Shown here: one piece after another, positions 12,201 through 22,741 of the stretch
How positions within the stretch are numbered: the first letter of the stretch is position 1
How the letters are laid out: each line of letters starts with the position of its first letter
Assembly (NCBI GenBank): GCA_965240325.2
Contig: OZ251222.1
Span: forward strand, 2,542,001-2,606,000
Direction: 5' to 3'
DNA from: Rebecca billardiae RCC1528
Lineage: Eukaryota > Protista > Haptophyta
Length of the DNA stretch: 64,000 bases
Notes under the pieces: generated by a model
What the model was told of the DNA's origin: nothing
The model's database searches: none
Seen by the model: only the letters and a program-made list of their open reading frames with translations
Position numbers and translations under genes: made by a program

Positions 12201-12396
12201 GGTGCTGCAGGCAGCCATGGGACGCTCGCCACAGCGCTCTCTCGTCGGCGGCGGGGTGCGCGCACAAAGTCGACCGCAAGGCGGCGTCCCCATCGCCGCT
12301 GTCGCCGGCCGCTCGGACAGCGGCTCCCTCCCCCGCTCCGGAGCACAAGCCGCCTCGCCTATCACGCGCGCTCCGGCGGAGCGTGGCGACCGATGA
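9262..12396 (+). CDS. Signal peptide + PA domain + 6-7 TM bundle + cytosolic TIR/HET-like domain
   Basis: PA-like motif C...DLRGTIVV...RCSYEQHARGAGALGA, then serial hydrophobic helices, then LFVSHAQ / FLWLD / VLVLDPW / RMWCLYEV motifs (~10890-11700). Confidence 0.75.
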   Translation: MRAAKERRGGGRVLAALMLVSACRAHLVVRDGHAQFAGLELVAGPMRFSPARFNVVAPMLVARPGEWAYDACPPRYMGARDLRGTIVVHLSPAFERCSYEQHARGAGALGALGWAAFSFDATAGLGREPGGIRYWSRATDTRFLPEPPAFDLNQRAALPLMTHLRDGSGSVRVSVQPSHTPWDAMWEHPLATGLAAVVGVQSGCNALYAILALARVVRDVGGPRIDVAQAALVLEAAANGLRVAAQLNPFLRLRWYDYETALRLQLAPEVLSTCATALLLIFVAQAAANGGLASLRVTRPAYQRALCALVLALSGLSAAAEVARALGARLLCANSLVVVMVAGAILPLVVVAFALHADRMIRRSLADAPALLVRALLWRVRTSLLLSCLAAGVGAAFPIAYVRPWACVGAFTAYTGLSNATSYFQISAVVGSTSRFSPLAKAARALGSLCSPRLRRLLRPARGPTSRAGGCGAGASSARVGPDVPLGGATGHSEPARTPRLLSRTASGRARFPGGALRVQTTDAALGAGDELSPRNDEGHLLLGVRLRHLEAWSVEHGVTPDTTTAEVGRMVAALTRESGQSLAEAHAHLRLPDGTAAVGEANLFVSHAQACSFRQLLSAVRLHAALCNLDERSLFLWLDLATIRQQDVQAGIRHIGDVISRIGSMVLVLDPWHSAVSLGRMWCLYEVVQCRLHPHVELQLALPPSELGDFLAALDNDASRVLETLSSFDCRTAAASVADDWQRIHELIVATFAPPSERPSSSVGRRRLDAVSSAVADVLHQGSFRASVPPTSPDGAALDEFNSEVHKALLRALSLASWRGVGPARSSRRSTHSSSKNGRLSISPSGSRSSSPSPASTRKFHPLGLRSNPGTPAILRRQPPDDAGTLPRADASPLGWAQRAMSAPHAWAGGSGEGMGACTARPGPLGAERLRSMSLPAASVAGRVSALPLAAEPRRGQTGFADGSEARSGGHCEMQHDLGVLQAAMGRSPQRSLVGGGVRAQSRPQGGVPIAAVAGRSDSGSLPRSGAQAASPITRAPAERGDR

Positions 12397-13280
12397 TGCG
12401 GGCGTTGGCGCCGAGGGGCATCACGCCTAGCGCCTTGCGAGCGCGGCCCCCTCCGCCGCCGACCACGCAGTCAACCCGATCTCTCTCTGAGTGAGACTCT
12501 CTCTCTCTCTGAGCCGCGTCTGCTACTATGATTTTTTATTCAGTAGACCTACTCAAACACTGAGTCTCAGAGTGACAGCCTCAGATTAGATCGAGTAGCT
12601 AAGTCTCGTCCGCCAAAGACTGGCTGTACTAGTATTGATTGAAGTAATGGACGTGCGCCTCCGAATAGCTACTGCTCGTCACTAGTAGCTAACTGAGCCA
12701 TCATAGGACCAGGTCATAAGTACTACAGTACTACATACATCAGCAGCTTAGAACTACTCATCCATCGCGCACAAATATTAACAATTAATCATATAGCAGA
12801 TAGATACATAGTTGTCTTAGCCAGTAGGCGCGCGCCGCGGGCAGTACAGTAGCACCGCGCTGATGACGCGCCGTTATTCCACCGCCACGGGGCGCCAGCG
12901 GCCAGGCCGCGCGGCGGCTGAGGCACGCCGTTTTGCGCGGCGGCGCGCCTCGATCATCATCAGCAAATATCTGCTCATCATATCAAAAACGTTCGGCCGC
13001 CCGGGCCAATCTGTAATCCGATCGAGTCGTCGTGATACTATGCCGTAGTCCCGAGGCCGAGTCCGTCTCACTACGCCACGGGTCATCATGGATTCATGCG
13101 CGCCATTCCGGCGCCTCATCAATCATCATTGGCGCAAGCTAGTTAGCTACGGTCTGGCGCCTACGGAGCCCTACGGATCTGCCGTGATCGGACAGCACCG
13201 GGATGAAGCGTCGTCATCAAGCGGCGGACTGGCTGAGGCGCGTCGCCGACCGCAGCCGCAGCGGCAGTCTTACAGGCTTC

Positions 13281-14924
13281 TCAGGCTGATGTGACAGCAG
13301 AGACCGTCGCCGTTGGGCCCATTGGCGATGCTGACCGTGTCGTCCGTCCGCAGCTGAATGAGGCCGCGTCAGCATCTGACAGCGCGGCGCCGTTCGGCGA
13401 GGTCGCTGGCGGCGTGACTGCGTAGCCAGACATGACAGCCGTGAGCTCAAGGGCATGCGGCTGGCTCGCGTGCGCAGGCGTCTCCTCATCGAGCGAGTCG
13501 TGCGCTCCCGCGGCGCCGCGCTCTGCGCGCATGCGCTGCCTGAGCATCATCACGTTGTACACGCCGACGCCCACCATCGTGATGGAGAGCCCAGCCGCGT
13601 TGATCGGGCTCACCTCGTCGCCGAGCACGAGGATGGACGCGCCGATGGTGAGCACCTCCTTGAAGACGCCGGCGACCGAGAGCGTCAGCCCCGACGTCGC
13701 GCGCACAAGGAGTAGCTCCGCGAGGATGAGCAAAAACGCCAGCACGGCTCCGGCCGACGCCAGCAGGACGGTGCGCATGAGCGCGCTGTGGGTCGTGACG
13801 TGGTCCGAGGTCACGAGCCGCTCGAACTCGCGCCACCACGCGAATGGAAAGAGCGCAAGCGCCGCCCAGGGGGAGATGTGGAAGAGGAACGAGACCGGGT
13901 GAATGGTCGTCGCGGCAGCGTCATCCTGCCCAGCGTGCGACGCACGAGCAGCGGCGCCCCCCTCGCGCCACTGCACACTGCCGGTGCCAGCGGCCGCCGG
14001 CTGAAGGCTGCCGTTGGCGTTGCCGCGCAGGCTGTCGTCGCCGTCCCCTCGAGCAGAAGGGTCGTTGTCCGCCGCGGGCACGATGGGGAGCAGCTGCTGC
14101 GAGCTCTCGCCGTGCGTCGGGAGCGGCGGCTCGGCGACAAGTGAGCGCCGAATGACGATCGACGGCACGGCGCGTTCGGCCCCCCCCGCACTGGAGGCGC
14201 GGGCTGATTTGGCCGGGGCCGCCGGTGGCGTGGTGGAAGCCGGGCGCGGGGTGAGGAGCAGCTGGCTCAGCGCCCAGCGCAGCCCCGCGCACACCGACGC
14301 GCCTAGGCACATCGTGAACCCCTGCCACACGAAGCTCATCTCGCCGTACGAGGCGAGCGAGATGCCGAGCGAGATTGACGTGATCACGCACGCCAGCATG
14401 CACGAGGGCTGGGCGAGGCCGAGCGCGAAGGAGAAGAGCAGGATCCACGCGGGGACCGAGCTCTTCACGATGGTGTAGAACGTGACGGTGATGAAGAGGA
14501 AGCTCATGTTGCTCAACCCCACGTCTGCGCCCGTGGTCAGGCCGACAGGGACAACCTGCAGCGCGTACACGCGCCATGACGCAAACTGGACGGGTGGCAG
14601 GCTGAACAGCCACATCGCGACGCGTGCCAGGGGTGCCTTGACAATCATGTGCAGCATCGTCACGCAGAGCGGGAAGTTGAGCTTGTAGATCGCGAACAGC
14701 CACTTGTTGTACAGCGTGAGGCCGATCGAGCACGTATACCACGACAGGATGTATGCCGCAATCTCGGCGTTCCGCAGGCTGCAGCACGCCGTGCGCGCCG
14801 CACGGACCTCGGCCGGCGACGGCTTACACCTCGTCCCCGCCAGAGCGTCGGGCCCGCCATCGGATGACGGCACGGCCTCGTGCCCCCTTGCACCGCGCCA
14901 AAGCGATGTCGTAGCTGCAGCCAT
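13281..14924 (-). CDS. Triose-phosphate/nucleotide-sugar transporter family protein (SLC35C2-like)
   Basis: Motifs SIGLTLYNKW, FPLCVTMLHM, DVGLSNMSFLFITVTFYTIVKSS, GLRWALSQLLL and TSGLTLSVAGVFKEV. Likely ATG at 14924. Confidence 0.9.
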   Translation of the reverse strand: MAAATTSLWRGARGHEAVPSSDGGPDALAGTRCKPSPAEVRAARTACCSLRNAEIAAYILSWYTCSIGLTLYNKWLFAIYKLNFPLCVTMLHMIVKAPLARVAMWLFSLPPVQFASWRVYALQVVPVGLTTGADVGLSNMSFLFITVTFYTIVKSSVPAWILLFSFALGLAQPSCMLACVITSISLGISLASYGEMSFVWQGFTMCLGASVCAGLRWALSQLLLTPRPASTTPPAAPAKSARASSAGGAERAVPSIVIRRSLVAEPPLPTHGESSQQLLPIVPAADNDPSARGDGDDSLRGNANGSLQPAAAGTGSVQWREGGAAARASHAGQDDAAATTIHPVSFLFHISPWAALALFPFAWWREFERLVTSDHVTTHSALMRTVLLASAGAVLAFLLILAELLLVRATSGLTLSVAGVFKEVLTIGASILVLGDEVSPINAAGLSITMVGVGVYNVMMLRQRMRAERGAAGAHDSLDEETPAHASQPHALELTAVMSGYAVTPPATSPNGAALSDADAASFSCGRTTRSASPMGPTATVSAVTSA

Positions 14925-15085
14925 GCGAGCTGCCGATGGCAACTTGCGCGCGCGAGCGCCCGCCGACCGGCTCTGTCCAAAGTTGAAAGTCCGGGGCAAC
15001 GGCGAATCGCGCCGGGCGCGCGTGCGGCCCGGGCGGCGGGCGCAGCTTTTCGTCCGCCAGCGCACCGCCCGACCGCTGCGCCGGG

Positions 15086-15721
15086 ATGCCGTCCAGCGCG
15101 CTGGCCCTGCTCGTGTGCGTCGCCGGCTGGCAACTCGGCTTCACGGCGGCATTCTCTCGGGGATTTGCGGCCGGAGCAGCCACGACAGCCCGCACCGGGC
15201 GCGTGCGCTCTCGCGCCGTGTGCACGGAGCCGAGCGACGACGAGCTTCTCGCCAGCTTGCGCGAGCGCATCTCGCAGGTGGAATCCACTGATTCGCTCCC
15301 GACGCTGGGCCCGGACGACATCGACTGCTTGTCGATGGGCCCGAGTGATGTGATCGACTACGTGATGCGAGGGCTCGTCCTCGGACGATTCGACGTGCTT
15401 CTGGGCTTCGCCGCGGCCGTGGACGAGACGGATCAGCTCGACCACGTGGGGCAGGTGCAGCCTGGCGCCTTCCGCGATCCGGAGGCACTCGCCGCGTTTT
15501 TCCGCGGGCACGAGCGCTACAATGTGCTCGCCGAGGGGCTCGCCGAGTTCAAGCCGATGGGCGGAGTTGACCTGTCCGACCTCTCGCGCCGCGGCGTGCA
15601 GAAGCTGCTCGTCCGCTCGGGCGGCAACTGGAGGGAGGTCTACATCAACCTGCAGCTCACGCCGCACCTCGAGTCGAGCAAGCGGTGGGTGATCACCTCG
15701 ATGCACATGTCGGGCAACTAG
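15086..15721 (+). CDS. Hypothetical protein, probably plastid-targeted
   Basis: Signal peptide ending near AAF, followed by an Arg/Thr-rich transit-like segment. Codon usage matches the host genes. Confidence 0.7.
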   Translation: MPSSALALLVCVAGWQLGFTAAFSRGFAAGAATTARTGRVRSRAVCTEPSDDELLASLRERISQVESTDSLPTLGPDDIDCLSMGPSDVIDYVMRGLVLGRFDVLLGFAAAVDETDQLDHVGQVQPGAFRDPEALAAFFRGHERYNVLAEGLAEFKPMGGVDLSDLSRRGVQKLLVRSGGNWREVYINLQLTPHLESSKRWVITSMHMSGN

Positions 15722-16535
15722 ACGAGGGCGTTCTCATGCCGAGCGCACCGCATGTCGTCGTGTCATGCTGAGGCTGCGGTCACATCAGGACCCTCCATCC
15801 GCGGCATGACACACGCAGAGTGACTAACGTTACTCGTTAGGCCACATCGCTGCGGCTGTCGCAGTGTGAGTGTCTCAGGCGTGTAGTACCCCCATAGCGC
15901 ACCTAGCGGAGTAGCGCTCATTGCGAATTGTTGCGGGCAGGACTTGAGTAGCACGACGCGAACAGTAATTTAGCTGCTACGACTATTACTCGCTGGCAAC
16001 AGCTGCTAATGATAGTATCAGATATGCCATTATTATAATGTCGTACTATGTAGTAATCCGCCGGCCGCGATCGCGCGCGGCGTCGCGGACCTACTCGCGC
16101 CGTATCGCGGATAGTCCGCCACTGATTGATCAGCACTAGGTAACGTTGACGTTGACAGCACTTTGATTATAGCGCGCGCCAACCATTTGTAATGATGATG
16201 ACAGTCCGATCCACATCACTAGATCGAGTGAGACTCCGAGAGAACCGTCTCGTCTGGCACTCACTAGTCACTTCTCAGACTGCTATATATATTGACTCAT
16301 CACTATATATATATATATATATTGATATTTTTTATTATCGATATATTCATCTGACTCATCGGAGCGCGGGGCCCTGAGGACCTGACCATCAGGGACAGGA
16401 CACAGGTGCGGTCAGTACTGTTACTGTAGCTTAGCTAGTATAGCACTAGCAGTAGCTAGCAGTAGTAAGTATATATACTAAAGTAGCTTGCTGAACCGGC
16501 ATGCTGGATCATCGGATCACATCGCCCGGGCGGAC

Positions 16536-19155
16536 TCATCTCTTCTTGCTGCTCTTCTTCTTTCCCGACGCGCTCTCCTTGGCGCCCGTCGGAGCATCAT
16601 GGACTGCTTGTCCGTCTGCCAGCGACCGGATCACATCGGCCTCGCCCTTGGCCGCGCCCGAAGCGCCCTTGGCGTCGGGCGCGGCTTCTGCTGGCGGCGA
16701 GTGCGCCGCGGCCGCATCGGCGGCCGCAGGCGCAGGAGACGCCGCGGCGTCCTTGTTGTTCCCAGCCGTGCGCGCGTTGCCGACCGAGCGCAGCTCTCGC
16801 CGCCGCAGCTCCAGCTTCTGCTCGGCCAGCGCAAGCTCCGTCAGGACGGTCGAGAGCTCCTTGCGCGTCACCTCGAGCTGCACGCCCGTCGGGACGGCCG
16901 CCAGCATGCCGCCTGGTGATGAGCGGCGCGGCTCGGGGGACGGGGCCGCGGCCGCTGCGGCGCGCTCGGCGTTCTCGACGGCCATCTCGGCGAGCTCGCC
17001 GATGACCGTGTCCTGTGCGCACACATGCGCGCGCGCGCGGACGTGTGCAGGTCAGCATCACCCTGAGGGCTGGCGTGCGCAGCGCACGGGCCGCCGGCAC
17101 GCGCGCGCACAGGCGCCGGGCGCGGCGCGCGAGCGCGGCGGTGGGTAGGGCGGGCGATGCGCTCACGAGAGGAGTGGGTGCGAGCCCTTCTTCAGCCGGC
17201 CTCGCGGGGTTCGCGGCGGCCTGCGCGGCCTGAGCGGCGGCGGCGGCCTCCGCAGCGGCTGCGCGCCGCTCGGCGTGCTCGGCCTCGAGCCCGTCCAGCG
17301 TCGCGGCGCACGCGCGCGCGGCCGAGCGTGTCTCGGCGTGCGCGTCAGCCGCGCCGCGCGCCACGGCATCGCGCAGCGCCGGCATCGCCGCGCGGAGCTG
17401 CGCGGGCGGCGCGGCCTCGGCGAGGACGCGGGCGCAGTACAGCGCGTGCGCGCGCCCCAGCGCGCTCGCGTACCCCGGGCCGAGCACGCTCAGCAGCGCG
17501 CCGAAGATGTGCGGGTGGCACGCGCAGCGCGCCGCGCCCGCCGCGCGCAGCAGCGCGGTCGCGCACAACAGCAGATCGAGTCGGGTGTGCCGGGAGTGCG
17601 AGGAGGCGGACTGGCGGAGGAGCGGCGGGAGCGCGAGGAGCACGAGCGGCTCGAGCGCGGCCGCCGCGCCGCGCGGCCGCGCCGCGCGGCCCGGCGAGCC
17701 CTCTCTCGCCGTATCTTCCAGGGCGTCCGCCGCGCGCGCGCGCGCCTCTCCGCACGCGCGCTCGCGCAGCGCGCACGCGAGCGCGCTGAGCGCCGTGCAC
17801 GCCTCCTTGACGATCGGCGCGCGCAGGTCGAGGAGCGCGTCGACGAGCGCGCCGCCGAGGTCGGGGACGAGGCTCGCGAACGCCGGGTGCGCGCACAGCC
17901 CGTGCCACAGCGCGCGCGCCTCCACGCCGAGCAGCGCGCGCACGCGCGCGCGCACGCCGCCGCGCGCGTCGCGCGCCGCCTCGAGCGCAGGGCGGAGCTC
18001 TGCGCCCAGCGCCGGCTCGGAGAGCGCGCGCATGTCGCGCGCGGCGGTCGCGGCGGGGCCGAGGGCGTCGGACATCGCCTCGGCGTCGAGCGAGCTCAGC
18101 ACGTGCGCGCGCAAGGCCGCGCCGTCCAGCAGCGGGTGCGCCCCGCCGCCGCCGCCCCGGCTGCCGCCATAGCCGCGCGCCGCGCTCAGCGAGGCCAGCG
18201 CGTCGGTGGCGGTCACAATCGTCGCGGCGTCTGCGGCGACGGAGGCGCGGGGCGAGGGCGACGGGAGCGGGCGGCGCGGGCGCTCGGGGGTGCCTGTGCG
18301 CGCCGCCTGCCTCTTCGAAGCCGACGGCGGCCGCGGGCTCTCGAACTCCGCCTCGAGCGCACGCGCGCCCTGCACGGGCCAGCGGCCGGGCGCGCGGCCG
18401 GCCTCGCGCCGGAAGGGTGCCGTCGAGGGCCGGCCGCAGCTGCTCGCGAGCGCGGGCGCGGTGGCGCGCAGCGCGTGGACGGGCGTGGTGGGCGGCTCGC
18501 TGCCCTGCGCGTGATGCTGCGCGCCCGGCTCGGCCGCCGTCCTGCCCCCGCCCACGGCGCCCGCGCCGTAACCGCCATGGCCGCCCGTGATGGCGAACGT
18601 CGAGAGCCGCGGCGAGCTGAGCAGCGGCGGGATACTGCCGTGCCACGGCGAGCGCGGCGCGTGGCGCGACGGGGAGGGCTCGGGCTCCTGCGCGGGCGCC
18701 GAGCCCTCGTGCTCCCACCGGCACGTGATGCGCGCCAGCAGCGCCGTGCGCTCGGTGCACGTGCTCCCCTTGAGCTGCAGCCGGACGAGGTGCTCTGTCG
18801 GCAGGATCGAGAGAACGGACGAGAGGTCAAACATGGCGGAGCCGAGGACGACGGTCTTGCCGCCCCGGCCCATGTGCGCCTCCTCGACGTCGAAGCGCGT
18901 CGGCTTGATCGCGAACCCGCGCGACCGGCCGTACATCTTCGGCTCGAGCGCGTATGAGCGCGTGATGTCCGCGGGAGGGCTCCAGGTGGCCGAGCGCGAG
19001 CGCGCGTCGACCGCGGCGCTGTCGCTGACCCACGCGTGCACGCCCCTGCGCCACACGACCTGGAGATTCTTGAAGCCAGGGTCGCTCGGGATGCCCACCA
19101 CCGACTCGAAGCACACGTCGTAGCAGAAGGTGTGCGTGCCCTCCGAGCTCGCCAT
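16536..19155 (-). CDS. NT-C2 domain + HEAT/TOG (CLASP-like) repeat protein; intron 17013-17166
   Basis: N-terminal NT-C2-like motifs (LQVVWRRG, ATW, VLGSAMFDLS). Central LLDLRAPIVKEAC and DAHAETRSAAR HEAT motifs. The GTGAGC...CACAG intron joins in frame to the 16536-17012 exon. Confidence 0.7.
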
Positions 19156-19325
19156 CGCCGCGGCCCAGATGCACCTGGCACCTGGCAGTGAGCAGCTTCC
19201 GAGCGCCGAGCGGGAGCGGGACCTTTTCGGGGCCTGTTCAGTAAACAGCCGTCCGGGTGGGTGCAGACCTCCCGGATCGACGAGCACGAGCCAGGGAGCC
19301 TGCCCACCGCTGCATCACGGCCACG

Positions 19326-20144
19326 ATGCCGGCGAAGCGCCGACGGAGCGAGAGCGGCGGGGATGCGCCGTCGCTGGCTCCGGGCACGAACCCGTACCTG
19401 ACGTTCTACACCGAGAGCGTCGCCTCCTTCCCGCCAGACATGGACCGCCTCTTCGACCCCGCCCTCGACGACGAGCGGCGCGAGGAGCTCGACGCAGCCG
19501 TGTGCGCGGTGCTCAACGAGGACGTCGTCGCAACGTACGCGTGGGCCGTGCCCGACGAGCGCGCGCTGCGTGTGATCGCGCACTTTGGGCCCATCCTCGA
19601 GATCGGCGCGGGCTCGGGCTACTGGGCCGCGCTCCTGCGCGACCGCGGCGTCGACACGATCGCGGCCGACCTGCACACCGGCGGCGCGGCCAAGGGCGCG
19701 CACAAGCCGTGGACGACAGTGCTGCGCAAGGGCCCGGAGCTGTGCGCCGCGCACGCCGACCGCGCGCTCCTACTCGTGTACCCAGACGACTTTGAGGAGA
19801 GCGCGGACTCGCTCGCGCTCAGCTGCCTCGAGAGCTACGCTGGCAGCACCGTGATCCACGTGGGCGAGCTCTTTGGCGGCGCGCGGGGCGACAACGTGTG
19901 GGGCCGCTCCTCCGCTGACGACTTCCAGGTGCGGCTTGCCGAGCTGTACCACAAGGTGCTCGAGGTGCCGCTGCCGTCGTGGCCGTACAGCCGGGACGCG
20001 CTGAGCGTGTGGCGGCGCACGCCCATCTGCATCACGGACGACGGCCACTACGGCTTTGTGCCTGCGGCGGAGGAGCTGCGGCCCGAAGTGGCGTGCGCGT
20101 CGCTGCGCCACCTGCTGGCCGCCCCTCGCGCGCCGACCAGATGA
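19326..20144 (+). CDS. Class I SAM-dependent methyltransferase-like protein
   Basis: YAWAVP, ILEIGAGSGYWAALL (motif I), LLLVYP and IHVGE. Confidence 0.8.
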   Translation: MPAKRRRSESGGDAPSLAPGTNPYLTFYTESVASFPPDMDRLFDPALDDERREELDAAVCAVLNEDVVATYAWAVPDERALRVIAHFGPILEIGAGSGYWAALLRDRGVDTIAADLHTGGAAKGAHKPWTTVLRKGPELCAAHADRALLLVYPDDFEESADSLALSCLESYAGSTVIHVGELFGGARGDNVWGRSSADDFQVRLAELYHKVLEVPLPSWPYSRDALSVWRRTPICITDDGHYGFVPAAEELRPEVACASLRHLLAAPRAPTR

Positions 20145-20988
20145 GCGTCTGCCCTCCAAGGCGCAGCTCGGGCCGTGTGGGACGCTCTGATGGGCGGAAC
20201 CACTCGCGCGCTCGAGCAGATCGCCGACCGAAGCCCACGGGTAACTCATCATCAGTACTATCTACCGCTACTGCCAGCGCCCAGCGGCATGCTACCGGCG
20301 GCGCTGGCTGCCAGGCCAGCCCGGCGGCCGGCCGGCATATGAATAATTATGATGATGACGACGACGACGCGGCCGGCGCCCGCGGTCATTACGTGAAGGC
20401 GGACGACGTGAAGCCAGGTGACGACGCGACACTGATCGGTTCGTTCATGATGAGGATACATGCAGCTTGATGAGTCGGACACTGCTGATTCTGATGCGTA
20501 ACAGCCGTCAGAGCATGGAGCGACGAGGAGGCGTGTGCAGGCGGTTGCGACTCGCGCCGCTGATATGTCGGCATGCAGTCCAGATGTCAGCTGCCGGCTG
20601 GACCGACGTGTCCGCGCCTTCGGCGCATGGACCACGGTCAGCGTATGGTCCCCTGCACCTCCTTTCGAAGGGGTTGCAGTGCCGCGCCATACAGCCAGCA
20701 GCCGTCCACCTCGACGCAGGCGAGGCCCCCACCCGCGTCAGCTCTCCGTGCCCAGCGCTGGCGACACGGCGCGCTGAGGGTGCAAGGTTGCATGCGATGG
20801 TCATTCGTGCGTCCACAGAAGAGAAGCCGGCTCAAGCCAGCGGAAGGTACATGTGCGCCCCTCGAGCGAGAGGCGCAGCGCAAGGCTGGGGCGGAAGCGC
20901 ACCGCCGCCGCCAGCGCCGACGCGCGCGCGCGTGCGCCGCGTCGCGCAGCCGTGCCGTGCGCGCCCCCCTGCGCACGGCCCAGGCCGC

Positions 20989-22709
20989 CTAGGCATCCGG
21001 GTCGTACGCGAGGTAGGGGCCCAGCCACTTCTCGACCTGCGGCACCGTCATCTTCTTGCGCGCGGCGTAGTCGACGATCTGGTCCTTGCAGACGCGGCCG
21101 ACCTGCGCGCGCGGGCGGTAGCGCGAGGCGGCGACGGCGGCGGGGCGTGAGCGCGCTGTGGCTGGCGCGCGCGCGCGCGCCCGCCCGCCCGCCCGCGAGG
21201 CGGCGCCGCCGTGTGTTGCCACCACGCGCGCCGCCACCACGCGCCGCCACCGCCGCGCGCGCGCGTGCGCGCGCGCTCACCTGGAAGTACTGCGAGCACG
21301 GGTTGGCGAAGACGAGCGCGCTGACCGACGCGGCGGGCAACATGGCGTGCGAGTCGGTGAGGGTGATACCCGTCTCCTTCTCCGCGTTGAGCAGCTTCCA
21401 CATCGTCGGCTTCTCGGTGTGGTCGGGCTGCGTCGGGTAGCCGGGCGCCGGCCTGATGCCCTGGTACTTGAGCTTGAGCATGTCGTCGGGGCTCATCGAC
21501 TCGTCGGGCGCGTAGCCCCACAGCTCCTGCGAGGGCGGGGCGGCGGGCACAGGGGCGCGGCGCCGGTGAGCGCGAGGCGCGCCTCGAGCGCGCCGCGCGC
21601 ACGCGCGAGCGCGCCGCGCCGCGCCGCGCCGCGCCGCGCCGCGCCGCGCCGCGCGGCTCACCTTGCGCATCTTGGCGTGCAGCAGCTCGGCGAAGGCCTC
21701 GGCGAAGCGGTCGGCGATGGCCTCGGTCATGATCACGTTGTAGTCGTTGCTCTCCTTCTTGTACTTCTCGCACAGCGCCTCCGAGCCGAAGCCGCACGTG
21801 ACGGCGAACGCGCCGACGTAGTCCTTGACCCCGCTCCCCTTGGGCGCGATGAAGTCGGACATGGCCAGGTAGTGCTCGTCCTCGCGCTCCTCCTGCTGGC
21901 GCAGCGTGTAGAAGGTGCCCGCGACGGAGGCGCGCGACTCGTCGGCGTACACCTCGATGTCGTCGCCCACCGAGTTCGCCGGGAAGATGCCCACGACCGC
22001 GCGCGCCTCGAGCAGCTTGTTGTCGATGAAGTGCTGCATCAGGTCGAGCGCGTCCTTGTGCAACTTCTTCGCCTCCGAGCCGACCGCCTCGTCGTTGAAG
22101 ATCTTGGGGTAGCCGCGGTTGGGGTACTTGCCGCGGAGCTGCCACACGGAGAAGAACGGGTTCCAGTCGATGTACGGCACGAGCTCCGCCAGCGGGAAGT
22201 TGACGTACGCCTTGGTGCCCACCAGCTTGGGCGTGGGCGGCGGGCTCAGCTTCCAGTCCGGCGTGAGCGCCTTTGCGCGCGCCTTCTCAAGCGTGAGGAA
22301 CTTGCGCTCGTTGAGCGACGCGTAGTGCTCCTCGCGCATCTCGTCGTACTGCTCGCGCACGTCCGAGATGTACTCCTCGCGCTGCTTGTCGTCGAGCAGC
22401 GAGGCGACCACGCCGACCGCGCGGCTCGCGTCGAGCACGTGGCAGCTGAAGCCCGTGAACTTGGGCGCGATCTTGACGGCGGTGTGCATCTTGGACGTGG
22501 TCGCGCCGCCGATGAGCAGCGGCACGCGGATGCCGCGCCGCTCCATCTCCTGCGCGACGAAGACCATCTCGTCGAGCGAGGGCGTGATCAGCCCGGAGAG
22601 CCCGAGCACGTCCGCCTTCGACTCGATCACCGCGTCGAGGATCTTGTCGCACGAGCACATCACGCCGATGTCCACGACCTTGTAGTTGTTGCAGCCGAGC
22701 ACGACGCCG

Positions 22710-22741
<32 letters not shown>

